Assembly: GCA_964639955.1 (NCBI GenBank)
Contig: CAZXGJ010000004.1
Location: 43,520 to 107,519, forward strand
Length of the DNA stretch: 64,000 bases
Direction: 5' to 3'
Source of the DNA: an uncultured Ignavibacteriaceae bacterium
GTDB taxonomy: Bacteria; Bacteroidota; Ignavibacteria; Ignavibacteriales; Ignavibacteriaceae
This document shows, piece by piece, positions 47,446-57,809 of this stretch. Below the pieces are notes generated by a model. The model searched no databases. It saw only the letters and a list, made by a program, of their open reading frames with translations, and was not told the origin of the DNA. Positions within the stretch are counted from its first letter, which is position 1; each line of letters starts with the position of its first letter. The translations under genes were made by a program, and so were the position numbers.

Positions 47446-48900
47446 TTAACTATAATGACCTTTTCCAAATAAAACCACAAGCACTGTTCTGGCTAATATT
47501 TTTATATCCATTCTAAGCGACATGTTCTCGATGTAGAATAAATCATAACGGAGTTTTACTTTTACATCCTCAACACTTTCATCATATTTATGTTTTACCT
47601 GCGCCCATCCGGTAATGCCAGGTCTTACTTTTAATCTTCTTTTATAATAAGGAATTTGTTGGGATAATTGTTCAACAAAAAAAGGTCTTTCCGGTCTCGG
47701 ACCAACGAGGCTCATTTCACCTTTAAAAACATTAATCATTTGGGGAATTTCATCTATCCGCCACCGCCGAATAAATTTACCTACTCTCGTAACTCTTGGA
47801 TCATCCTTCTGAGACCAAACTGGTCCGGTGTATTTTTCCGCATCATGAAACATTGACCTGAACTTAATGATTTTAAATTTTTTATCATTCATCCCTACCC
47901 TTTCCTGCTTGAAAAAAACCGGACCTTTGCTATCCAGCTTAATTGCAACAGGAATAATGATAATTAACGGCAGTGTGATAAGCAGAATTAAAAATGAAAT
48001 AATGACATCCAAAGTCCGTTTTAATTTTTTTTCCCATTCGGGCATCAGCTCGGGCATAATGTCTATAAGCGGAACACCATAAAGTTGGGATGTACGTGCC
48101 TGACCGCTTAAAATTTCATAGAGATCGGGAACAATCTTTAATCCTATTCCTTTATTTTCAAGCTTGGAGATTATATCCACAAGCAAATCGTGGTCTTCTT
48201 TTTCCAGTGCTATAATAACTTCGGCAGCATGGGTTTTATAGATGATATCTTGTAACTCATCCAGCTTTCCTCTTACGCGTATATTTTTGTAAGTTTTTCC
48301 AACATTATCAGGATTAATAGCAACATAAGCTTCAACATCAAGTCCGAGGGCAGGATGTTCAAGTATCTGGTCGTGAACTTCGCGGGCTTTTGGATTGAAA
48401 CCAACAATTACAGCACACTTTCTGCCAATACCCCTGATCAATAAATTCCGCTGCAGACTTCGAACGAATAACCTGCCCTGGGAAACAATCACAAACAATA
48501 AAAACCAGTAAATAAAAATTAATATTCTGCTGCTGGATTCAACACCGTGAATATAATCATCCAGATAAATCAGGAAGAAGAGGATAAAGATGCCCACAAA
48601 AGTTGCTTTAAAGAGAGTTGAAATTTCATCGAAACGCGAGGAAGCAAACCAGGTACGGTACATCCCCACAAATGTGAAGATGATCAGCCAATAGAAATAA
48701 ATAACCAGCATTGGAAGTAAAACTTCGGGCATTATCAGCACTTTAAACCAGCCGGTTTCAATCCTTATATAAAAGAACGCTGCCCAGGCAAGGTTGATTG
48801 CGAGGAAGTCAATAAAAAGGACGATTATTTTTTGAGTGGGTTTGTTCACTTTATACTTTTTCTCTTGGTGTGGGTTGCCATGTGCCGGATTGTTTTCCAA
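47446..48900 (-). CDS. Polyprenyl glycosylphosphotransferase (WbaP/WcaJ-type initiating sugar transferase)
   Basis: 484 aa. N-terminal TM helices, a CoA-binding-like middle part, and the C-terminal catalytic block FKIIKFRSM...DDPRVTRVGKFIRRWRIDEIPQMINVFKGEMSLVGPRPE...RPGITGWAQV. The track start at 48900 is TTG and overlaps the upstream gene by 50 nt. A GTG at 48847-48849 would remove the overlap. Confidence 0.9.
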   Translation of the reverse strand: MENNPAHGNPHQEKKYKVNKPTQKIIVLFIDFLAINLAWAAFFYIRIETGWFKVLIMPEVLLPMLVIYFYWLIIFTFVGMYRTWFASSRFDEISTLFKATFVGIFILFFLIYLDDYIHGVESSSRILIFIYWFLLFVIVSQGRLFVRSLQRNLLIRGIGRKCAVIVGFNPKAREVHDQILEHPALGLDVEAYVAINPDNVGKTYKNIRVRGKLDELQDIIYKTHAAEVIIALEKEDHDLLVDIISKLENKGIGLKIVPDLYEILSGQARTSQLYGVPLIDIMPELMPEWEKKLKRTLDVIISFLILLITLPLIIIIPVAIKLDSKGPVFFKQERVGMNDKKFKIIKFRSMFHDAEKYTGPVWSQKDDPRVTRVGKFIRRWRIDEIPQMINVFKGEMSLVGPRPERPFFVEQLSQQIPYYKRRLKVRPGITGWAQVKHKYDESVEDVKVKLRYDLFYIENMSLRMDIKILARTVLVVLFGKGHYS

Positions 48901-50014
48901 TGATGAAATTAATAAGGCCTAATAGTATCGCAAAGTTTGTTAAAATAAAAAAGAAAGGTATTGAAAACAGAGAAAAACGGATTTTTAATTTCGAAAATAT
49001 TAAGCCAATAAATGCAAATATTAAAAACGCAATTAGAACAACAAGAGTAATTTTAAAAAGTAAAAAATCATTCAGAATGAAAATATTAATTATTGGCAAA
49101 AAAAGAAGAATTAATGGGATAAACCAACGGATTACTTTATGACTCAGATAACAAAAGTTTGTAAGTAAGCCGGCTTCTTTAAGAATGAATCCAAAATATT
49201 TGAGCGTTTCGAAATTTGTAGACGAGAATCTTATTTTTCTGTTGAATTCATCTTTGATAGTTGGAGCAATGTCTTCATATGCAATTGCATTTTCTTTATA
49301 AATAAACTTCCTTCTTTTTTTCAAAACCGATAGTGTAAGAAAAAGATCATCAGTAACCGGTTTTTCCGATGGCAATAAGTCGATTAAAGATCTTCGGATT
49401 GCGAAAATACCTCCATTAGCGCCTATAAGTGTACCACATCTGCCCTCCGATCTTTTAATAAATGTTTCATATTCCCAGTATCTTCTTTCTTCATTACTCT
49501 TATCATAATTTTTCGGGGGTTGTTTCAGCACCAATCTTCCTGAAATTCCTCCAATGGAATTATCGCTAAAACTTTCGATTAAGTTATTCAAGGTATATGG
49601 TTCGAATACTGTGTTTGCATCCGTAAAGACCAATATTTCATTTTTTGATTCATTGATTAGATCATTTAAAACTATTGCTTTTCCGCGTCGTTCTTCGAAT
49701 ATAAACACTTTCAACCAATCAAACTTCTTCATTAATTCGTTTAGTAGTTTGTTAGTTGAATCGTACGAGCCATCTGATCCGATTAAAACTTCAATATTAT
49801 TAAAATCAAAATCCTGGATGGCTAAATTTTCAATTCTTTCTTTGATTACCTTTTCCTCATTAAATACAGACATCAGGATGGATACTTTAATATTATTACC
49901 TTTCAAATTTTTATGCGGAAAAAACATAGATATAACCTTGATTATAAGAGGATAAAGAAAGTAGGTATATATAACTATGAATAGCAGAAAGAAAAAAAAT
50001 CCATTGAATATCAA
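48851..50014 (-). CDS. Membrane-embedded GT2 glycosyltransferase (HpnI/ceramide-glucosyltransferase-like architecture)
   Basis: 387 aa with a TTG start. An N-terminal TM helix is followed by VSILMSVFNEEKVI, VFTDANTV (DxD-like) and GANGGIFAIRR. Three to four C-terminal TM helices follow. Confidence 0.75.
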   Translation of the reverse strand: MIFNGFFFFLLFIVIYTYFLYPLIIKVISMFFPHKNLKGNNIKVSILMSVFNEEKVIKERIENLAIQDFDFNNIEVLIGSDGSYDSTNKLLNELMKKFDWLKVFIFEERRGKAIVLNDLINESKNEILVFTDANTVFEPYTLNNLIESFSDNSIGGISGRLVLKQPPKNYDKSNEERRYWEYETFIKRSEGRCGTLIGANGGIFAIRRSLIDLLPSEKPVTDDLFLTLSVLKKRRKFIYKENAIAYEDIAPTIKDEFNRKIRFSSTNFETLKYFGFILKEAGLLTNFCYLSHKVIRWFIPLILLFLPIINIFILNDFLLFKITLVVLIAFLIFAFIGLIFSKLKIRFSLFSIPFFFILTNFAILLGLINFIIGKQSGTWQPTPREKV

Positions 50015-50348
50015 GTTTAAAGAAGTAATTGTAGTATTCAGTTTTAAATTATTAAATCACTTTATGCTACAAATTTAATAGAATCGCAGAGCCTTAACAA
50101 TTCCCTTGAGTCTGTACTTCTGTTTTATTTTTTAAGGCAACTTTATCATACTATACACAAAATCTTTAGAGTATAGTATAAACTTAGAAGACCAAAAAAT
50201 AATTCCAAAGGTTTTTCTAATTAGTTTAAAATATTACTTGAACAAAAGTGATTAATTCGGCTTTTTGAGATAGAAATTCAACTACTTTACAAGGAAGACA
50301 GTAAAGAATTTTTTATAAAGAAGTTCCTGGATAATAAATCGATGTATT

Positions 50349-51938
50349 TTAGAGAACAAACTTCTCTTCTTTTATTTTTTCTTTATCTCTTTTTTCAGAA
50401 AAACCAGATTCAGATTTTTCAATATCCTTTATACCCGAAGACAAAGCAATGGTTTTTATCCGTGACTTAAATTTGGTTTTATTCTTTTTACTATCCTTAC
50501 TGAAAAGATGCTTATAAAAAGTAAAGAATGCTTTCAGTGTTCTCCTCAACTCTGACGGGTGTTTAATAATATTCTTTGCTTTCATTAAGAAATATGCCGG
50601 ACGCAGATAATATTCTCTTCTGGCGTAGTTACAGAAATCAACTATCTCTTCCGCCGAAAGATCATGAGTTCCGACCACTGTATTATGCATTCCTTCCGGA
50701 GTAAGCCAATCATCCCATGTTTTAGCAGTTATTAATCCTTCTTTTTTTGCCCACTCATATGCCTCAGTTCCCGGGTACAGCATAAGTGGAAAAAATTGAG
50801 CTGTATCAGTATTTAATCGTTTAGCAAGTTCAAGTGTCTCTTTCATTGTCTGAAGAGTTTCACCTCTGTTGCCCATCATGTAGCAAGCATGTATTAAAAG
50901 CCCGGATTTCCGTGCATTTTCAGCAGCAGTAAATTGCTCAACCCGTACACCTTTTTTCATCAGTTTTAGAATTTCATTTGAACCACTTTCAAATCCGACA
51001 ATGACCAACCTGCAACCTGCTTTTTTCATCCAGAGCATAGTTTCTTCGTCAAGATCAGCTCGTACGTTGCAAGTCCACGTAAGTTTATTTTTCTGAGCAA
51101 TTAAAAGTTTACAGATTTCGATAGTATGTTTTTTATAAACTGTAAAAGTGTCATCTTCAATTGTAACCTCAACAACTTCAGGAAAATTTTCTTCGATATA
51201 CTTGAATTCTGCTGCTATACTTTGCGGCGAACGATGTCTATAAGTATGTCCATAAAAATTCTGAGGATAAACACACCAGGTGCAAAGGTACGGACAACCT
51301 CTTCCTGTATAAACCATCATTTGCGGGTAACGACCAGCTGCAAAAAAATAGTCTCTTGGATTGCAGAATCTTTTAAATATTTCACTTGCAAAAGGCATTG
51401 CATCCAGATCAGCCTGAGTTGCTGCGGGGCGGTGACCATTTACAATTATCTCATTTCCATTACGCCAAGTTAGAGATAATACATTATCCAGCGATTCTTT
51501 TCTTTCCAGTTTTTCAGCCAAATCAACGATGGTAGCTTCATATTCATTTCTGGCAACTGCATCTATTAAGTTTGAATTTTCCAGTGTTTCTTTATCAACT
51601 GCTGTTACGTGGTTACCAACAAGACATATAAACACACCATCAAATTTTTTCTTTACTTCTTCAGCAAATTTTATATCACTACTTATACTGCCTGTACTTG
51701 TTTCAATTACTGTAATCTGTGGATTGAATTTGGAAAGCCGGTTCATTGTTTCATCAATTGAAATTGCTTCTGCAGGTGCATCTATTAGTGTAATTTGATG
51801 ACTATTTTTTTCTGCAACTCCTGCAGCAAGAGCTAACCAAATAGGATAGTAAACTGTTCCGCTTTTAGTCACAGCAGGACTTCTTGATCCCCTTGAATAT
51901 TTAGGGAAAAACGGGGGATTTATGAAGGCAATGTTCAT
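50349..51938 (-). CDS. B12-binding-domain radical SAM protein (class B), HpnJ-like N-terminus
   Basis: 529 aa. The N-terminal Rossmann-like cobalamin domain (IAFINPPF...YYPIWLALAAG...ITVIETST) is followed by GRGCPYLCTWCVY (CxxxCxxC at about 51273-51296). The C-terminal ~50 aa form a Lys/Ser-rich tail. Confidence 0.85.
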   Translation of the reverse strand: MNIAFINPPFFPKYSRGSRSPAVTKSGTVYYPIWLALAAGVAEKNSHQITLIDAPAEAISIDETMNRLSKFNPQITVIETSTGSISSDIKFAEEVKKKFDGVFICLVGNHVTAVDKETLENSNLIDAVARNEYEATIVDLAEKLERKESLDNVLSLTWRNGNEIIVNGHRPAATQADLDAMPFASEIFKRFCNPRDYFFAAGRYPQMMVYTGRGCPYLCTWCVYPQNFYGHTYRHRSPQSIAAEFKYIEENFPEVVEVTIEDDTFTVYKKHTIEICKLLIAQKNKLTWTCNVRADLDEETMLWMKKAGCRLVIVGFESGSNEILKLMKKGVRVEQFTAAENARKSGLLIHACYMMGNRGETLQTMKETLELAKRLNTDTAQFFPLMLYPGTEAYEWAKKEGLITAKTWDDWLTPEGMHNTVVGTHDLSAEEIVDFCNYARREYYLRPAYFLMKAKNIIKHPSELRRTLKAFFTFYKHLFSKDSKKNKTKFKSRIKTIALSSGIKDIEKSESGFSEKRDKEKIKEEKFVL

Positions 51939-52239
51939 TAAATATTTCTCCGTAAATTAGGTTGAAATTATATAATCTGAACGTGAAGATAAGGGAATTG
52001 CACTTAAACCAAAACCCTTAAATACAAGTCCTCCTAAATAAAATTGCTCTTTTATTCCTTAAGTCCCCATTCAAAGTTAATCATGAATATTAAACCAATA
52101 ATTTTTTTTCGTGATTATTCTTTCCTCCTTAAACCCGATCCTTCATTCAAGCTCTTTATTATAAAGAAAGAAAGTATCGTGCAGTAAACCGACTTTATCA
52201 AAATACTTCGATAACAGACCTATATGAACTTCAGCTATT

Positions 52240-53466
52240 TTACTCCAACTTATCGTGACTATTTCTGCAGGTATTTTGTCTTTCATCAATTTCTAATTCG
52301 ATCATTTTTATTTTTTTTCTCAGAGCAGTTTCTACAACTGAGGTTACTGCTTTAAACCTGTTATCCCAGGAAAACAAGCGTACTTTTTCAATGCGTTGCA
52401 CGGCTTTTTGTGGGGTGTCCTCTTGTAGCACTAACTCAATCTTGCTCAGAAAATCACTATAATTATTTGCTATCTCAACGACATCAGAAAATTGCTCTAT
52501 TTCAGGAAAATATGTAGATACAACCGGGCAACCTGTTGCTAAATACTCTCGCAGTTTTAAAGGATTAAAGTTTGTTATCAAATCGCTTTCAATACAGGGT
52601 ATTATTGCAACGTTAAATCTCTGAGCGTACTTTGGCAATAATTCATAAGGCACACTCCCAATAAAATGTACATTTGATATATTTTCACAAGGGTTTGGTG
52701 AAACTCCAACTCTGCCAATCATCAGGATATTCCACTCCGGTTTTGATTCGGCTATAAACTTTATCAAACGAAGGTCAATCCAACTTTCAATTAATCCAAA
52801 AAAACCAATTATCGGTTTTTTGATGTGAGCAATTTCACCCGGTATGTTTTCTGAAAGATCGGCTCTTCTGTTGAAATGTTCGAAATCAACTCCGTGCCGG
52901 CTAAGCACTACTTTATCACCATAATGTTCTTTTTTCTTAAAGAGAGGTTCAGAGCTGACAAAAACAACATCTGCTTTTTGCGTCATTTCTTCATCCATTT
53001 GCCTTGTTGCTGATTTATCAACACCTGGAAGTGATGAGTAATCGTCAATACAGTAATACACACTTAATGATTCTTTCAATTTTCCCAGCATTGATGAGAG
53101 ATGAGGTAAGACAAACCAAAGGATTGGTTTCTTTGCCTTAAATTTCCAGATTAATAACCTGAGTGAAAATAGAATAATTAATTTGTTCAAATACCTAACG
53201 AATCGATATTTATGAAATGGTAATTGAAAAAGAGTATAAACATACGAGATGGAATCTATTGGTCTCGGACTCTTAAATGATTTAAGCGTATAAGAAAATA
53301 TTTTCTTTAAATCTCTTCTTGTAGTTTGCGGCGCCCGCAATCCCGGACACTCTATATAAATCACATTATTATCTTTCATCAAACGAGTTGCAATATGGTG
53401 ACTGCTGGTCCTATTGTCTGCAGACCATTCATTTCCAAAATACAGGATTGTTGGCCAATCACTCAT
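52240..53466 (-). CDS. Glycosyltransferase (GT-B fold, family 1/4-like)
   Basis: 408 aa. The N-terminus ILYFGNEWSADNRTSSHHIATRL is typical of a GT1 subgroup seen in polysaccharide loci. The C-terminus has KLREYLATGCPVVST. Confidence 0.7.
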   Translation of the reverse strand: MSDWPTILYFGNEWSADNRTSSHHIATRLMKDNNVIYIECPGLRAPQTTRRDLKKIFSYTLKSFKSPRPIDSISYVYTLFQLPFHKYRFVRYLNKLIILFSLRLLIWKFKAKKPILWFVLPHLSSMLGKLKESLSVYYCIDDYSSLPGVDKSATRQMDEEMTQKADVVFVSSEPLFKKKEHYGDKVVLSRHGVDFEHFNRRADLSENIPGEIAHIKKPIIGFFGLIESWIDLRLIKFIAESKPEWNILMIGRVGVSPNPCENISNVHFIGSVPYELLPKYAQRFNVAIIPCIESDLITNFNPLKLREYLATGCPVVSTYFPEIEQFSDVVEIANNYSDFLSKIELVLQEDTPQKAVQRIEKVRLFSWDNRFKAVTSVVETALRKKIKMIELEIDERQNTCRNSHDKLE

Positions 53467-53755
53467 TATCTCTAAACTCCTTTTTCTTAATCCTTACTGT
53501 AAATATTATTAATTCTTTCTACGGAATAATTAAAATAGATTTTATTATTTAGTGTTCTTAAAATTCAATGGATTTTAAAATCTTTCCACAACAATTTTAA
53601 ATAGTAATGGTAATTCTAATAATCAAAGCCATTAAGCAAAGGTAAATCAAATCTCTAAATTCCAAAACAATTTAACCAGAAGAAACAGGAAGGTTGAATG
53701 GTTTTTTCAAATACAAAATACCCGGAACAAAAAATTAAATGTGAATTTTTCAGCA

Positions 53756-54934
53756 TTATGGAATGTTAATAATCTCCTTATAAATATTAAGCATTTCGGA
53801 AGCATTTCTTTCCCACGTTAATTGTTTAACAGTATCATACCCGTTATTGCCTAATTTATTTCTTAAATCTTCAGAATTAATCAACAATTCAATTTTTGAT
53901 TTAATACTTTCAACGTTCTTCGGTTTGACAAGCAAGCCATTAACATTATCTTTAAGAATATCACAAATTCCTTCTCCTTCAGTACCAATAACCGGCTTTT
54001 TAAACGACATAGCTTCAAGATAAACCACACCAAATGCTTCATCAATACTTGGTAAAATGAAAATATCGCATTCTGACATACGGGCAAGTAAATCTGTATG
54101 AGAGAGTGTTCCTGTAAATGTTACTCTGTTTTGGATTTCCAATTCATAAGCTAACGACTTCATCTCATTTAGTAATTCGCCTCCACCGGCAATAACCAGA
54201 TGAATATTAAAATATTTTTTCGCTAACTCAGAAAATGCTTTTAATAAGTAATCACAGCCTTTATTTTTTACAAGAGTCGCTGCAAATAATATTATGAGGT
54301 TTTCATGTGTTCGGGGTGTGCTATCCATTGACTCCGGTTTTTTATAACCATTGAATACTGTAAAAATTTTATTCTTTCTGCCAGTATAACTCTGAATTTT
54401 GTTTACTACTTTGTTTGAAACTCCCACCACAGCATCTGCTTCTAACAAAGCTTTCTTCGATTTCCTAAATTTCCTCTTATTATGAATTATTTGATTTATG
54501 GTTTCACCGTGAACTGTAACAACATATGGTAGTTTAAGTTTATGGGACAGTAAATAAGCTGAGTAATCAACGGGAATCGCACCATGTGCATGAATGAGAT
54601 CAAAATTTTGTAATTCGTTTGTACTTTTTATCAGTTTCATTACTTCGGCACTAAGAACATACGCCCAATAGTCTTTCAGGACTCCCTTAGGTAAAGCTAT
54701 ATATTTTGTATGATATATCTCAATTCCATCAATAAGTTCAACGCGTGGAATTTTATCATATAACAACCACTTATTATTAACTCTTTTTAAAAAAAAAGGA
54801 ACATAAGGTACCGGAGCAATAACCTTAACTTCAATACCGAGGTTTATTAGTGCTTTAACCTGTTCGTGAACAAAAATGCCCGACATATACATAACTGAGT
54901 TCGGATACATTGTGGAAAGAACAAGCACCTTCAT
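53756..54934 (-). CDS. Glycosyltransferase family 4
   Basis: 392 aa. MKVLVLSTMYP, HAHGAIP and the E-x7-E region PSIDEAFGVVYLEAMSFKKPVIGT. Confidence 0.85.
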   Translation of the reverse strand: MKVLVLSTMYPNSVMYMSGIFVHEQVKALINLGIEVKVIAPVPYVPFFLKRVNNKWLLYDKIPRVELIDGIEIYHTKYIALPKGVLKDYWAYVLSAEVMKLIKSTNELQNFDLIHAHGAIPVDYSAYLLSHKLKLPYVVTVHGETINQIIHNKRKFRKSKKALLEADAVVGVSNKVVNKIQSYTGRKNKIFTVFNGYKKPESMDSTPRTHENLIILFAATLVKNKGCDYLLKAFSELAKKYFNIHLVIAGGGELLNEMKSLAYELEIQNRVTFTGTLSHTDLLARMSECDIFILPSIDEAFGVVYLEAMSFKKPVIGTEGEGICDILKDNVNGLLVKPKNVESIKSKIELLINSEDLRNKLGNNGYDTVKQLTWERNASEMLNIYKEIINIP

Positions 54935-54935
54935 T

Positions 54936-56237
54936 TCATTTTACCCGGATTAACTTTTTAAATTTCATAGAGCTATATAAATAAATGAAATCTTCTTTCT
55001 TGCAGAATAGGATTTCAGTAACCGGTTTTTTTGTATCGAAATGAAATAAAATAATTATTGATACAGACCAGATAAAATATGTTACTGAACAAATTACTGC
55101 AGCTGCATAAATGCCATAAGTCGGCACGAACAACAGATTTAAAATAATATGTAATAAACTAACTAATCCATTTATCCACAGGATAGCAGATGGAAATGCT
55201 TTTCCCATATAATATGCGTGCAAGATCCCACCTGGTCCCAGAAAAAGCATTGCAGGTAAAAGCAACTTAAGCGGCAAGAAAGAACTTAAGAATTCTGTAC
55301 CAAACAAAATTTTAATAATAACTTCTCCAAGAAAAAAAAGGGCAATAACTACAATTAAATTAAAGAGAAATACCATCCTGACTATTCTGGTTGAATCATC
55401 GGCAGGTTTGTTTGAACTATCAGATACAGTCTTTGAGATTACTAATACTCCGAGGATGTTAGGTACTTTTTGCAAAATTTCGGAAAATAACGCAGCAACT
55501 GCATAGATGCCAGCTTGAAAAGGATTTAAGAAGAAATTAATAAAAAAAATCGTACTGCGAAGGGTTATGAACATTGAACCAGCAGCGTAGGTTGATTTAA
55601 TCCCAAGAAATGTTACTTGTTTCAAACTTACTTTTTCATTTTCATTTGATTTAACGGCAAGGGGCTTTAGATAATAAAGGCTAAGAAATAACGTAATTAA
55701 ACCACTCACGAACAAACTCAAAACAATTTCTTCCAGGCCGAAATTAAACAGCAGAATTCCAATAATATTTATTAATAAAAAGGATGTTACCTGAACAAAG
55801 CTTAAAAGATTAAACTCTAATATTTTCTGTAATCCCAAAAAAATTGCCAGGTTACTTTGCCACACAATGGTAATTATTGTTATTAAAAAAGTAAACAAGA
55901 GAAGGATCGATGTTACATTTGGTAAGTAATTACTATATAAGAATCTGAAGAAATATGAAATGGAAAAGAGAACAAAGATTAGTAAAGAATAAATTAAAGT
56001 TTGCAATAATAAAGTTCGAACTAAGTTTTTATTCTTTCCTGCGAATATCGTATTGCTCCTTCTTATACCCTCACCAAAAATTAAGGCCAAAAATATTACA
56101 AGGTTTGAGATTACTGCATAAACACCCCGCCCCTCCGGACCCAGCGCACGCGTTACTATAACGTTATTAATTATTGCAAGCAGTGTGGCAGCAATTGTAG
56201 TAGAGGAAGTAATTAAAAAACTTTTAAAAAAATTCAT
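54936..56237 (-). CDS. Oligosaccharide flippase (Wzx-like, MOP superfamily)
   Basis: 433 aa with about 12 TM helices. The N-terminus TTIAATLLAIINNVIVTRALGPEGRGVYAV is typical of O-unit flippases. Confidence 0.75.
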   Translation of the reverse strand: MNFFKSFLITSSTTIAATLLAIINNVIVTRALGPEGRGVYAVISNLVIFLALIFGEGIRRSNTIFAGKNKNLVRTLLLQTLIYSLLIFVLFSISYFFRFLYSNYLPNVTSILLLFTFLITIITIVWQSNLAIFLGLQKILEFNLLSFVQVTSFLLINIIGILLFNFGLEEIVLSLFVSGLITLFLSLYYLKPLAVKSNENEKVSLKQVTFLGIKSTYAAGSMFITLRSTIFFINFFLNPFQAGIYAVAALFSEILQKVPNILGVLVISKTVSDSSNKPADDSTRIVRMVFLFNLIVVIALFFLGEVIIKILFGTEFLSSFLPLKLLLPAMLFLGPGGILHAYYMGKAFPSAILWINGLVSLLHIILNLLFVPTYGIYAAAVICSVTYFIWSVSIIILFHFDTKKPVTEILFCKKEDFIYLYSSMKFKKLIRVK

Positions 56238-56291
56238 CGCTCAACTAAATTAATTCAGTACAATCAACAATAATATTTTACGGAAGTTGTT

Positions 56292-57719
56292 TTATATCGA
56301 CGATTGGTTTAATAAGGTAGTTCTCTCCTTCAATATTACGGTATAAATCAATCCGAAATTCAACCAAATTAGATTGAATTGTGGAAAGAGATTTCCATAG
56401 AACAGGAAATTCACATTAAAAGCGATAAAAAGCGAAAATGAACCAATTAAAATGGCTCTGGTAAAGTGGTTCTTATCAACTCTTATAAATTTAAAGCAAT
56501 CAATTAATACTCTTCTAAACCATAGAAAAACTATTACAAAGCCAATCACACCAAGTTCAGCTAATAAATAAATGAATAATGTGTGTGATTCTCTGATATA
56601 TAAAGTTTCCCAGGGCATATCAGGATTAATGTAGTAATCATAAACAAGGGGAAAGCTTCTGTATCCAAAGCCCCATATCGGAGAATCAAGAAACATTCGA
56701 AATCCACTTTCCCCCATTAATATTCTTGCTTTTATTGACGGATCTTTAAACAGCTCAAAAATTGACAGGAATCTATCAGAAATGAGTGCTCCTAATGGTG
56801 TTGTAAAAGTTGTAAGAATAACTAAAAGTGAAAGAAATAATATTATCACAACCAATTTCTTTTTATTATAAATAAAAAATAACGATACGAATATTCCGAC
56901 AGCAAGAAAAATCCATCCGGATCTGGAAAAAGTTATTATTATTCCAAGAATTGAAAAAAGACTTCCGGTTAAGTAAAATAATTTTGTTATGAATCTATCT
57001 CTTGAATGAATTAAGAGTGAGAAGGCTAAGATTACTCCTGTGACCATAAAAGTTGCAGCCACATTGGGGTCAGAAAAAGTACCAACAGCACGATAAAATT
57101 TAAATCCGCCGGTATTAACAGTCGCATCCATCACCCCCTGTATAAAATCTCCTTTAATAAATTGATAAATTAATAATATTGTTATCAAGGTATTCATTAA
57201 CAATAATGTAACAACAATAGCTTTTAAATGAAGATCGCTTTTAATAAAATTCACTACAACCAGAAAGAAAATAAACAAGGCAAACGAAACCGATATGTAT
57301 GTTATTCCACTTACCAAATTGGGAGAATAGAGCAGACTAACTAATGAAAAACCTAAATATGCAAATACGTATTTATTCATTGGGGTATCAAGGACCAAAG
57401 GCTGAGCATTTTGATGAAAAAGTATGTAACAACCTAAACCAATCAAACTTAAAACATAAATAACATGAAAAACTGTAATATTCTCATTTATTCTGCCCCA
57501 AACTTCAAGACCACTGGCAATAATAAGGAATAGTATCCAAGTAAATGGCACTTTAACAAATAAGAAGTAAAATGTGAGGAGACCGGCGAAAGCAATAATT
57601 AAAAAAATGAGAAGAATTGGTTGAGCAAAAGCAAGAACTAGAACTGTCAGTTCAGCTAACTGAAGTAGTATAAAAACCTTAATCCACTTTCTCGGTAAGT
57701 TAAGATCGAGTTCACTCAT
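56292..57719 (-). CDS. O-antigen ligase/polymerase family membrane protein (Wzy-like)
   Basis: 475 aa with more than 10 TM helices. It has the central FSRSGWIFLAVG motif typical of the Wzy_C domain. Confidence 0.7.
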   Translation of the reverse strand: MSELDLNLPRKWIKVFILLQLAELTVLVLAFAQPILLIFLIIAFAGLLTFYFLFVKVPFTWILFLIIASGLEVWGRINENITVFHVIYVLSLIGLGCYILFHQNAQPLVLDTPMNKYVFAYLGFSLVSLLYSPNLVSGITYISVSFALFIFFLVVVNFIKSDLHLKAIVVTLLLMNTLITILLIYQFIKGDFIQGVMDATVNTGGFKFYRAVGTFSDPNVAATFMVTGVILAFSLLIHSRDRFITKLFYLTGSLFSILGIIITFSRSGWIFLAVGIFVSLFFIYNKKKLVVIILFLSLLVILTTFTTPLGALISDRFLSIFELFKDPSIKARILMGESGFRMFLDSPIWGFGYRSFPLVYDYYINPDMPWETLYIRESHTLFIYLLAELGVIGFVIVFLWFRRVLIDCFKFIRVDKNHFTRAILIGSFSLFIAFNVNFLFYGNLFPQFNLIWLNFGLIYTVILKERTTLLNQSSI

Positions 57720-57809
57720 TTAATTTAACTTTAAGCAAAGATCTGTAAGATTATAATACCACAAAGTCTATTAAAAATTAGTCTCAACCTAAACAATTTC
57801 TCTTACTTT

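Noticed and set aside
48851-48900. A 50-nt overlap between the membrane GT2 stop and the PGT start could suggest programmed coupling or a frameshift.
   Set aside because: The track start at 48900 is merely the most upstream TTG. An in-frame GTG at 48847-48849 begins one nt after the GT2 stop and removes the overlap. The first TM helix is unaffected.
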